Source: Bacteroidia bacterium (lineage in GTDB: Bacteria > Bacteroidota > Bacteroidia > Bacteroidales > VadinHA17). Taken from it: DNA of 26,959 bases. Made by a program: the position numbers and the translations under genes. Within the stretch, counting starts at the first letter, position 1; each line of letters opens with the position of its first letter. Of the stretch, positions 18,425 through 26,959 are shown piece after piece. Below the pieces are notes generated by a model that saw nothing but the letters and a program-made list of their open reading frames with translations, had not been told where the DNA came from and made no database searches. Where the stretch lies: positions 1 through 26,959 of the forward strand of contig JBGOXH010000001.1 in assembly GCA_041479075.1 (NCBI GenBank), written 5' to 3'.

Positions 18425-19843
18425 ATGACATCTGAAGAATTCTGGAAACATGCCCATGAGCTGGTCGACTGGATGGCCAACTATTTGGAAAATGTCGAAA
18501 AGTATCCGGTAAAATCCCAGGTAAAACCAGGTGAGATATTCAGACAAATACCTGATCATCCTCCATCAAATCCTGAATCGTTTAACGGGCTGATGAAAGA
18601 TCTTGAAGAGATAATAATGCCCGGAATTACTCACTGGCAAAGCCCGAATTTCTTTGCTTATTTTCCTGCCAACTCAAGCCTTCCTTCAATTCTGGCCGAG
18701 ATGATAATAGCCACACTCGGAGCACAATGCATGAACTGGGAAACATCACCTGCTGCTGCCGAACTTGAAGAAAAAATGATGATCTGGCTGAAAGAATTGA
18801 TTGGACTTCCGGATTATTTTGAAGGAGTTATTCAGGATACTGCTTCTACAGCTACCCTGGCAGCAATCATTACAGCACGGGAACGAATTACCGGATTTTC
18901 TGTTAATAATAATGGAGCAAATTCTGCCGGAATTCTCAGAGTCTATTGCTCTGAACAGGCACACTCTTCTGTTGAAAAAGCTGTAAAAATTTGCGGCATA
19001 GGCAAAAAGAACCTGGTAAAAGTTCCTGTTAAAGAGGACTTCTCGATGGATCCGGAGAAGCTTGGCGAAGCAATAAAATCAGATAAAATAAACGGATTTA
19101 TTCCATGTTGCGTTGTTGTTACAATAGGCACAACAGGAACCACTGCTGTTGACCCTTTAAGAGCAATAGGAGAGATTTGCAGGGAAAACGATATCTGGCT
19201 CCATGTCGATGCTGCAATGGCCGGTACGGCTCTTATTTTGCCCGAATTCCAATGGATGCTCGACGGCAGGGAATATATGGACAGCTTCCTTTTTAATCCT
19301 CACAAATGGATGTTCACTAATTTCGATTGCACTGCATTCTTCATTAAAGATGCTGAAACACTGATTAAAACTTTCGAAATCCTTCCTGAATACCTGAAAA
19401 CAAGAACCAGGGGACAGGTTAATGATTACCGCGACTGGGGAATCCCTCTCGGCAGAAGATTCAGAGCTCTGAAGCTGTGGAGCGTAATAAGATCATTTGG
19501 AACGGAAGGATTGCAGAATAAAATTCGACAGCATATTCAGTTTGCTTCGAGATTGAAAGAATTGATTTTAAAAGAAGCTGATTTTGAAGTAGTTGCACCT
19601 GTTGTAATAAATGTGGTTTGTTTCCGATATATACCTTCCGGATATTCCGGAGCAGAAATAAATGCATTAAACGAAAAGCTGAATCATCTTCTTAATGATT
19701 CAGGTAAAATTTATCTTTCACATACAGTCCTTAATGGTAAGTACACTCTCAGAATGGTAACAGGCCAGACTAATGTGACTTTTGAACATGTTGAAAAGGC
19801 CTGGGAACTGATAAAGAGAACGGCACGTAATATGAAGAACTAA
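18425..19843 (+). CDS. PLP-dependent group II aromatic L-amino acid decarboxylase (DDC-like)
   Basis: PGITHWQSPNFFAYFP, SPAAAELE, SEQAHSSVEKA, WLHVDAA, PLP-Lys motif FNPHKW, PEYLK, DYRDWGIPLGRRFRALKLW. Confidence 0.92.
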   Translation: MTSEEFWKHAHELVDWMANYLENVEKYPVKSQVKPGEIFRQIPDHPPSNPESFNGLMKDLEEIIMPGITHWQSPNFFAYFPANSSLPSILAEMIIATLGAQCMNWETSPAAAELEEKMMIWLKELIGLPDYFEGVIQDTASTATLAAIITARERITGFSVNNNGANSAGILRVYCSEQAHSSVEKAVKICGIGKKNLVKVPVKEDFSMDPEKLGEAIKSDKINGFIPCCVVVTIGTTGTTAVDPLRAIGEICRENDIWLHVDAAMAGTALILPEFQWMLDGREYMDSFLFNPHKWMFTNFDCTAFFIKDAETLIKTFEILPEYLKTRTRGQVNDYRDWGIPLGRRFRALKLWSVIRSFGTEGLQNKIRQHIQFASRLKELILKEADFEVVAPVVINVVCFRYIPSGYSGAEINALNEKLNHLLNDSGKIYLSHTVLNGKYTLRMVTGQTNVTFEHVEKAWELIKRTARNMKN

Positions 19844-22729
19844 TCACATCCGGGGTCTTCGTCCGATACTCATTCCGTAAATGTCGATATTAAAAAGAAA
19901 TTCAAACGAGGGTACTTCATAAATATTTTTACATGCTACCTGTACACCGCTTGAAATCATGAAGGGCAACCTGAAGAGATAAAAATCAAAAAGCAGCTCA
20001 GTACCAAATGATTGAAACAACTTTGCTCCTGTCTTATCGGGGTAAGCCGTTTGTGATTTTATATTGTAAATACCTGATCCCCTGGCATAATCATAAAAGA
20101 AATCTGCACGGATTCTCTTCATATAAAACAATGAAGCAATATTGAAATCGGGATATGCTAAAGGAGCAGCATAATCAACTGAAGCAAAATCAAGATTAGT
20201 GGAAATTATGTTGTAATAACTTCTGGGGAACGGAGTGCTGTTGATTATAGGATACTTTTCAAATGACAGAATCTCTTTAATGTACCTGATTTGGATTCCA
20301 TTATTACTGAAAAAACCGGGGAAATAAAATACTGTTCTCAAAGCGAAATCGGAACCATATATCATTTTATCAAATGGTGCAAATGTATAATACAGATCAA
20401 AACCCTGACCCCATTTCGGAAAAATGTCGCGCATCGTATACTTGTAGTAATTCATGAAGAATAATCTTCCGGTGAGCAGTAAATTACCCTGATCATAGGT
20501 TGAGGTTTCACTCTTATAGAGATAATCATTTCGGTAATTTGAAATCGCGGAGAGATTGACATATTGTGAAAACTTACCATTGGAAAATATTAAAGGCAGA
20601 GAAATTGTATTGACGAACTGATATCCCCGGGAAATGACAGACGGATTTGGATCTGAATGGCTTTTATATAAAATAGGGGAAATACCATAATCGAATTGCG
20701 ATTCAATAACAGGGTACCATCCTTTCCATGTCAGAGTTGAATGAAACAAATGGTTTTTTTCTTTGGAATACTCATATCCGGCTGTAGCAATCAATGTGCT
20801 CAGCTGATTCTGCGACATGACAGTAACTCCCGGCCTTATTGACGTCGGATCAGACTTAAATGTCTCAATATCAGCATAAAAAGGCATCCAACTGTGAATT
20901 CCGAAAAGATGCAGCCATTTTCTGTATGGTTTTGGTGAATACTCTGCCGGCGGTTTATCAGCACCAGATTCTGACTTTGTTTCAAACTGATCTATAAAAT
21001 AAGATTCAGGCCTGAATGAATTATACTTGTTCCCCCCGATTTCTGCCAGAGATGTTTTGCAGATATTATTACCTGATAAGGAATAATCACTGAAAACAAT
21101 TGTTGAACCGTTTATGCTGAAATCATCTACTCCGAATCTTGACCGGGTTACCGGTATAAAAATATTTTCTTTAGTCTGAAAATAAATGTTATCAGTACCG
21201 GAGATTGAGCTGATAAAAACCAGTGAATCATTCCTGATTTTTGCAGATTTGAGATCATTCCTTCCTGCTTTTAACAGGATTTTCCAGTTGCTGGTTATAA
21301 GATCATATGATATTATTCCCTCTCCGGCCTCATTCAGGTATATAAAAATAATCTGGTTTCCATTTTCTGACCAATGTGGTTGTTGAAGATAAACATTATC
21401 AATAGCATGTATACTTTGAAGACGGGATCCTCCTGTTGTGCTAAGAAAGACCAGGTTATTTTTATTATCCGGAGTATTCTCAGTTGCTGCAATATGTTCA
21501 CCATCAGGAGAAATGGCGGCCGACATAAACCTCGATTTATGAGAAAGCTGTCTGGTTATTCCATCTCTGATATTCCTGATTTTTATTACGGAATAATTCC
21601 TGTTCTCCCACCTTGGATCAGTATGTGTTTCGACCCAGACAAGATTACCCTGTGCATAAGAAAAAATATATGGATAAATCTGCCCGGGGACATATAATTT
21701 TTTTTCTTTTCTGTCAGATAATCTTATAAGTACAAATTTAGCCGTCTGCGATAATGAAGTTTTAATTGCAATAACAGAATCATTGCCGGCAATTATTGGT
21801 GAGTAATAATTCGCATAATGCTTTTTTTTGTTTCGATTCAGCGGATCATAGATTATAGCACCGCTTCTTTCAAGATCCTTTTTCCATCGTACCTTAAGAG
21901 TATCGAATGTTTGGGTGAAGAGTATTTTTTTAGTTAAACCTGCATCTCTTTTCAGACTTATGTTTACAGGGTTCATTGAAAATGGCTGTTCCCCGGTAAA
22001 TTTAATTGCTCTGTTCCAAATCTGATTATTGTTTTTTAAAAGCGACCAGGCAACCATCTGATATCCGAAATGATAATGATCAGGTATAAAATCCCGGAAC
22101 GATCCGTTAATCATCTTATCATATTTAAATATGGATCCTTTTTCAATAACTATTGCTTTAAGCTGTTTCTGAAAGTCAGCGCTTCGGCCTCTTCCTGATT
22201 CAGAGAGTAATGTTTCAGCAAAAACAGCATCACCTTCCAGAAACCATTGTGGAAGCAGCACGGAAACAGCTCCGGGGAATTGCTGCCCGAGAATTACCGA
22301 CATTGTTTTTGAAAATCCGGTATTAAGAGATTCCATTTGCATGACATGAGTCAGCTCGTGCAATGCAAGCAATGAATTAGGATCTAAAGGAATTGTATTT
22401 TGTTCAGGAGTCGGGTAAATCTCCATCCGTTTTGGCGCCCACGAGACATATCCATTGGACTGGGTAGTAAAATTATGAATTATAACAGGGATCTTAAATT
22501 TTTTTTCAGGATAAATAGAACCAAGATCTGAATATGCTTTATCAAGCGATCGGGCAAAATCAATTCCCTGTGACCCATATTTTTCAGGATATATGACTGT
22601 AAATTTGCCAGTTTCTATTTGCAGCCACTTAAGGTTCGAAGGATCCTGCCCGGTTTCATAATATTGAGCAGAAACACATATGGACATAAATAAAAAGATT
22701 ATAGCCAGCAATATCGACCTGAATCTCAT
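19844..22729 (-). CDS. Exported gluzincin-peptidase / TolB-like beta-propeller / Omp85-like barrel fusion protein (961 aa)
   Basis: Signal peptide ending VSA followed by Q. HELTH (22360->22346) with WFLEGDA Glu 36 residues later. Central repeats such as AAISPDGEHIA and QPHWSENGNQI. C-terminal amphipathic strands with RDIFPKWG, PRSY and DFFYDY. ATG 22729 is preferred because a -7 box lies within the longer ORF-track start. Confidence 0.7.
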   Translation of the reverse strand: MRFRSILLAIIFLFMSICVSAQYYETGQDPSNLKWLQIETGKFTVIYPEKYGSQGIDFARSLDKAYSDLGSIYPEKKFKIPVIIHNFTTQSNGYVSWAPKRMEIYPTPEQNTIPLDPNSLLALHELTHVMQMESLNTGFSKTMSVILGQQFPGAVSVLLPQWFLEGDAVFAETLLSESGRGRSADFQKQLKAIVIEKGSIFKYDKMINGSFRDFIPDHYHFGYQMVAWSLLKNNNQIWNRAIKFTGEQPFSMNPVNISLKRDAGLTKKILFTQTFDTLKVRWKKDLERSGAIIYDPLNRNKKKHYANYYSPIIAGNDSVIAIKTSLSQTAKFVLIRLSDRKEKKLYVPGQIYPYIFSYAQGNLVWVETHTDPRWENRNYSVIKIRNIRDGITRQLSHKSRFMSAAISPDGEHIAATENTPDNKNNLVFLSTTGGSRLQSIHAIDNVYLQQPHWSENGNQIIFIYLNEAGEGIISYDLITSNWKILLKAGRNDLKSAKIRNDSLVFISSISGTDNIYFQTKENIFIPVTRSRFGVDDFSINGSTIVFSDYSLSGNNICKTSLAEIGGNKYNSFRPESYFIDQFETKSESGADKPPAEYSPKPYRKWLHLFGIHSWMPFYADIETFKSDPTSIRPGVTVMSQNQLSTLIATAGYEYSKEKNHLFHSTLTWKGWYPVIESQFDYGISPILYKSHSDPNPSVISRGYQFVNTISLPLIFSNGKFSQYVNLSAISNYRNDYLYKSETSTYDQGNLLLTGRLFFMNYYKYTMRDIFPKWGQGFDLYYTFAPFDKMIYGSDFALRTVFYFPGFFSNNGIQIRYIKEILSFEKYPIINSTPFPRSYYNIISTNLDFASVDYAAPLAYPDFNIASLFYMKRIRADFFYDYARGSGIYNIKSQTAYPDKTGAKLFQSFGTELLFDFYLFRLPFMISSGVQVACKNIYEVPSFEFLFNIDIYGMSIGRRPRM

Positions 22730-22744
22730 AGTATTAAAATTACT

Positions 22745-22808
22745 CAAAAATAACAAAATAAGCTAGTTAAGGTCAAGTTGTGGTAGTAAGAAAAAATAAG
22801 TATTTTCG
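22745..22808. promoter_or_regulatory. Overlapping divergent sigma70-type promoters
   Basis: Minus strand: TTG (22776->22774), N21, TATTTTTG (22752->22745). Plus strand: TTG (22778-22780), N20, TATTTTCG (22801-22808). Confidence 0.55.
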
Positions 22809-22853
22809 TCGTCTGTTCTGGCTACTCAGATCTTCATCAAAATAAGATAACTA

Positions 22854-25800
22854 ATGAAGAAATTCAAATTAATTAACAATATAACGGGATGGGTGGTTTT
22901 TGCAATTGCTGCATTTACGTATCTCATGACGATAGAACCGACAGGCAGTCTCTGGGATTGCGGAGAATTTGTTGCTTCAGCATACAAGCTTGAGATCGGA
23001 CATCCTCCGGGAAGCCAGGTCTTTATGGTTCTTGCCAGGTTTTTCACACTGTTTGCAGGAGGAAATAGTTCTCATGTTGCAGCAATGGTTAATTCCATGT
23101 CAGCATTGGTCAGTGCATTCACAATACTCTTTCTTTTCTGGACAATCACTCATCTTGCAAGAAAAATCATCGTTAAGAGTGAAGATGAATTCACCACTGC
23201 AAGAATAATTGCAATTATGAGTGCAGGAGTTGTCGGAGCTCTTGCATTTACCTTTTCCGATTCATTTTGGTTTTCAGCTGTTGAAGGTGAGGTTTATGCA
23301 TCATCGTCCTTTTTTACCGCTGCGGGATTCTGGGCAATCCTGAAATGGGAAGATTCTGCTGATGAGCCATATGCCGACAGATGGATAATCCTGATAGCAT
23401 TCCTGATGAGTCTTTCAATGGGGGTTCACCTGCTTAACCTGCTTACACTTCCAGGGGTTGTACTCGTTTATTATTTCAGGAAATTTGAATTTTCATGGAA
23501 AGGCTTTATCATTTCTGTCATAACATCATTTATCTTACTTGCACTCTTAATGTGGGGGCTGATACCGGGAATGGTGATAATATCTTCCAGATTGGATCTT
23601 TTCCTTGTAAACACAATAAAACTTCCGCCAAATTCCGGAATGATCTTTCATATGATTTTGCTGGTGGTATTTTTTGTAATTGGGAGCAGACTATCACGTA
23701 ATCCGGGGAATGATATTAAAAACGGACTGGTTGCAATTATAGCCCTTTTTCTTACCGGAATATGGATTGTATCCAGCTCTGTATTTGTTAATCTGCTGCT
23801 CCTTATTGTAATAGCTGGTGGTATTTTATATTTTTCATTTAAGAACAGAGTTGCGCTTAATACTCTTCTTACTGCAATAATGGTGATTCTGATCGGCTAT
23901 TCATCCACTGCTATTATTATTATCAGGGCATCAGCAAATACCCCATTGAATGAAAATAATCCGTCAAATCCGTTTAACCTGTTATATTACCTGAACAGAG
24001 AACAATACGGACAGAGACCATTATTCACGGGTGCATATTATAATGCCCCGCCACCGGATTATAAGGAGGGGAAACCTGTATATGTTTTTGAAAACGGAAA
24101 ATATGTGGTTACTCATCATGACATTGAACGGGTTTATGATAAAAGGTTTGTTACTCTTTTCCCGAGAATGTGGAGCGACCAGCGTGACCATGCGGAAATT
24201 TACAAAGAATGGGGAGGGACAAAGGGCACACCGATTCAGGTTACTGATCAGTCCGGGGGAAAGACAATAATAAAAAGGCCGACTTACGGCGAAAATTTGA
24301 AATTCATGTTTTCATATCAGTTCGGATACATGTATTTCAGATATTTCATGTGGAACTTTTCAGGAAAGCAGAACGATACTCAGGGGACCGGAGGTGCAAT
24401 TAACGGCAACTGGATAACCGGAATAGATTTTCTTGACAATCAGAGAGCAGGTACTTCAGATCTGCCGGAAGATATGAAAAGAGACACCTCAAGAAATAAA
24501 TATTACCTTCTGCCTTTTTTGCTCGGTATTGCCGGATTATTTTACCAGTTAAACCGCGATAATAAAAACTGGTGGATAATTTTGATACTGTTCCTGATGA
24601 CAGGCATTGCAATTATCTTTTACCTCAATCAGTATCCGAATCAGCCCAGAGAGCGGGATTATGCATATGTCGGATCATTTTATTTTTTTTCAGTGTGGAT
24701 TGGTTTAGGAGTGCTGTTCATTTTTGAGCTTTTTTCAAAACTGACTGGTGAAAAAATTGCGGCACCCGTTGCAGGTTTATTGTGTTTTATGGCTGTGCCC
24801 TTCATAATGGGGACAGAAAACTGGGACGATCATGACAGATCAGGACGTTATCTGGCAAGAGATGTTGCTTTTGATTACCTTGAAACGTGTGCTCCAAATG
24901 CCATACTATTTACAAACGGAGATAATGATACTTTTCCGTTATGGTATGCTCAGGAAGTGGAAGGAAAAAGAACTGATGTAAGGGTCTGTAATCTCATGCT
25001 CCTGAACACTGACTGGTACATAGAACAAATGAAGAGAAAAACATACGAATCTGATCCTCTTCCTGTTACACTTCCTGTTAAAAAGTACTATGACGGAATT
25101 AATAACCAGACTTATATTTTTGAAAAATTTAAGGATCCGATCAATGTATCAACTTTAATTGATTGGATCAAAAGTGAAAACAAAGCGACAAAAATAAAAG
25201 TTCCTCAAACTAATGAATGGCTTGATATCGTGCCAACCAGGACAATCCGGATACCTGTAGATAAAAAGAAAGTAATCGAATCCGGAACAGTCAAACCGGA
25301 AGATTCTGCAAAAATAGTTCCCTATATAGATATTAAACTTAAAGGGAGTTCAATATTAAAAAGTCAGCTTATCGTCCTCGATATACTTGCGCATAATAAT
25401 TGGAAACAACCTATCTATTATGTTACAGGATATCATAGTGATGCACTTGGACTGGAAGAATATTTTCAGCTCGAAGGTCTTGCATTCCGGTTAGTTCCGA
25501 TCAGATCAGAAAATAAAAACTGGCTTGATTATGGTCGTATTGACACAGATATTCTTTATAATAATATGATGAAGAAATTTGTCTGGGGAGGCGCAAATGA
25601 TAAAAAGGTTAATATCGATTATAACCATGTACGCACTATTATGGTCGTAAAAGCCAGATTAAACTATGCAAGACTTGCTAAAGCTCTTGCCAAAGAAGGG
25701 AAGAATGAAAAGGCAATCGAAGTGCTGGACTATTGTATGAACACACTGCCTCTTGATAAAATACCTTATGATCCTTATATGCCTGACATAATTGAAGCTT

Positions 25801-26069
25801 TTTTTGCTGCAGGCAGTATTGATAAAGCGGTCGAAATGACCAATGCCCTGTGCAATCACTATTATGAACAGCTTGATTATTATCTTAAGCAGACACCATA
25901 TATTATAAGCTCTGCAGAATATGAGATACAATCTGCTTTACAATATACCTCGCGCGTTGCAGATACCTGTATTAAATATCAGAAACAGGATTTAGGTTTG
26001 GAGATCAATGCCAAATTGCAAGCATATTATTCAAAGTATTTGACAATGCAGCAACCGGCAAAAAAATAA
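22854..26069 (+). CDS. DUF2723 / TMEM260-like GT-C glycosyltransferase (GT117), 1071 aa
   Basis: WDCGEF acidic motif after TM1, GHPPG, SAVEGEVY, GVHLLNLL, NQYPNQPRERDYAY, FTNGDNDTFPLWY; many TM segments plus a large soluble C-terminal region. Confidence 0.88.
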   Translation: MKKFKLINNITGWVVFAIAAFTYLMTIEPTGSLWDCGEFVASAYKLEIGHPPGSQVFMVLARFFTLFAGGNSSHVAAMVNSMSALVSAFTILFLFWTITHLARKIIVKSEDEFTTARIIAIMSAGVVGALAFTFSDSFWFSAVEGEVYASSSFFTAAGFWAILKWEDSADEPYADRWIILIAFLMSLSMGVHLLNLLTLPGVVLVYYFRKFEFSWKGFIISVITSFILLALLMWGLIPGMVIISSRLDLFLVNTIKLPPNSGMIFHMILLVVFFVIGSRLSRNPGNDIKNGLVAIIALFLTGIWIVSSSVFVNLLLLIVIAGGILYFSFKNRVALNTLLTAIMVILIGYSSTAIIIIRASANTPLNENNPSNPFNLLYYLNREQYGQRPLFTGAYYNAPPPDYKEGKPVYVFENGKYVVTHHDIERVYDKRFVTLFPRMWSDQRDHAEIYKEWGGTKGTPIQVTDQSGGKTIIKRPTYGENLKFMFSYQFGYMYFRYFMWNFSGKQNDTQGTGGAINGNWITGIDFLDNQRAGTSDLPEDMKRDTSRNKYYLLPFLLGIAGLFYQLNRDNKNWWIILILFLMTGIAIIFYLNQYPNQPRERDYAYVGSFYFFSVWIGLGVLFIFELFSKLTGEKIAAPVAGLLCFMAVPFIMGTENWDDHDRSGRYLARDVAFDYLETCAPNAILFTNGDNDTFPLWYAQEVEGKRTDVRVCNLMLLNTDWYIEQMKRKTYESDPLPVTLPVKKYYDGINNQTYIFEKFKDPINVSTLIDWIKSENKATKIKVPQTNEWLDIVPTRTIRIPVDKKKVIESGTVKPEDSAKIVPYIDIKLKGSSILKSQLIVLDILAHNNWKQPIYYVTGYHSDALGLEEYFQLEGLAFRLVPIRSENKNWLDYGRIDTDILYNNMMKKFVWGGANDKKVNIDYNHVRTIMVVKARLNYARLAKALAKEGKNEKAIEVLDYCMNTLPLDKIPYDPYMPDIIEAFFAAGSIDKAVEMTNALCNHYYEQLDYYLKQTPYIISSAEYEIQSALQYTSRVADTCIKYQKQDLGLEINAKLQAYYSKYLTMQQPAKK

Positions 26070-26077
26070 CAGAATAA

Positions 26078-26524
26078 TCAGCCGGCCAGAGACTGAGAAA
26101 CTTCATGCTTCAGATATTTTTCCAGCAGGAAAAAAATCTTTTCAGGATATATTGGCTTAAGCACATATTCATTACATCCGGCAAGATATGCTTCTGTTTT
26201 ACTCTGTTCTGAAGTATATGCTGTAAGAATTAAGACAGGTATATTTTTTCTTTCTTTACGAAAAATCCTGAGACATTCTATTCCGTTAATCAGCGGAATA
26301 AGAAAATCCATGAACACCAAATCAATATTGCCTTTTTCCTGATTTATATAATCAACAAATTCTTTCCCGTTATGAAAAACTTTTACATCAGCGCCGGAAC
26401 TCTTAAGGAGAGTTTCATAATACCTTATTGAGGGCAGATCATCCTCAACAATAATTATTCTTTTGTCTGCGAGCTGTAAGTCATTGATATTCAGGGCCAT
26501 AGTGGATTTGTGATAAACTTGCAT
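26078..26524 (-). CDS. Single-domain CheY-like response regulator
   Basis: IVEDD, phospho-acceptor VFMDFLIP, ILTAY, YVLKP. An alternative start at ATG 26500 is possible. Confidence 0.9.
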   Translation of the reverse strand: MQVYHKSTMALNINDLQLADKRIIIVEDDLPSIRYYETLLKSSGADVKVFHNGKEFVDYINQEKGNIDLVFMDFLIPLINGIECLRIFRKERKNIPVLILTAYTSEQSKTEAYLAGCNEYVLKPIYPEKIFFLLEKYLKHEVSQSLAG

Positions 26525-26671
26525 AAAATTACAATAAGATTATAACGAAGAACTCATGTAATGCATCAGTTATTAACATTTTATCAACACGCTTTTGGAT
26601 TTGCTAAGATATGAATATTTGTATTGTTGAAGAAAAAAATGCAATTTCGTAATCGCAAAATAATTCCTGAA

Positions 26672-26959
26672 ATGAAAAAACTAACCCGGTTAGTCAGAAA
26701 AGCAATCCTTTTTATGGGCACATTTTTTCTGATGATTAATTCTTTTGGTCAGGGAGGATTTGATAATTCGACGAGAGCTGTATATATTTTTGATATGGCA
26801 AAATATATTAATTACGGCCCCGGGTTCGCAGATTCTGCAGTCTTCAAAATTGGTTTACTTGATGAAGCTAATGATCTGCTTTTTGAGATGGGCAATCTTG
26901 TCAAAACACGAAAGACAATTCAAAATAAGCCAATTCAGATAATTGTTTTCAGAAGTGAA
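26672..26959 (+). CDS. 5' part of an exported/membrane protein with a YfiR/HmsC (DUF4154)-like domain; runs off the window end (absent from the ORF track)
   Basis: Open from ATG 26672 to the window end: MKKLTRLVRKAILFMGTFFLMINSFG-QGGFDNSTRAVYIFDMAKYINYGPGFADSAVFKIGLLDE... It has a signal peptide plus Gln, and the AVYIFDMAKY...FKIGLL pattern resembles the YfiR N-terminus. Confidence 0.6.
   Translation, partial: MKKLTRLVRKAILFMGTFFLMINSFGQGGFDNSTRAVYIFDMAKYINYGPGFADSAVFKIGLLDEANDLLFEMGNLVKTRKTIQNKPIQIIVFRSE

Noticed and set aside
19844-22729. Enrichment of D-(S/T)-hydrophobic O-glycosylation sequons as evidence that this protein is the GT117 substrate
   Set aside because: Three sequons in about 960 aa is roughly the chance expectation, so it is not evidence by itself.
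26745-26942. 65-aa ORF MVREDLIIRR...
   Set aside because: It is an alternative frame inside the true ORF starting at 26672, which has a signal peptide and recognisable motif.

Overview
This is an AT-rich, mostly housekeeping window from a Bacteroidota genome, probably Bacteroidales-like. The assignment rests on TAnnTTTG promoter boxes, A-rich start regions without Shine-Dalgarno motifs, signal peptides followed by Gln, and the Bacteroidota-type inserts in AtpA and AtpD. In order it contains: an orphan outer-membrane beta-barrel; an ICMT/LmtA-like membrane methyltransferase; a GC-hairpin REP-like cluster; an internally deleted yugP-type peptidase relic that the ORF track missed; yidD; a second 9-mer inverted repeat; a LiaF-like x2 + LytS/LytTR module; yceD-rpmF-plsX-fabH; a proton-type F1Fo ATP synthase in two parts (bactofilin-atpZ/I-atpI-like-atpB-E-F-H-A-G-ispA, then an opposite-strand OMP gene, then atpD-atpC-aromatic amino acid decarboxylase); a gluzincin/beta-propeller/Omp85-like protein divergent from a DUF2723 (TMEM260-like, GT117) GT-C glycosyltransferase; a single-domain receiver; and a truncated YfiR-like ORF. 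I saw no tRNA, rRNA, CRISPR array or transposase. The best candidates for undescribed biology are the bactofilin that heads the atp operon, the peptidase-propeller-Omp85 / GT117 divergent pair, the decarboxylase attached to atpDC and the LmtA-like enzyme. All family calls come from motif recognition by eye; no database search was run.
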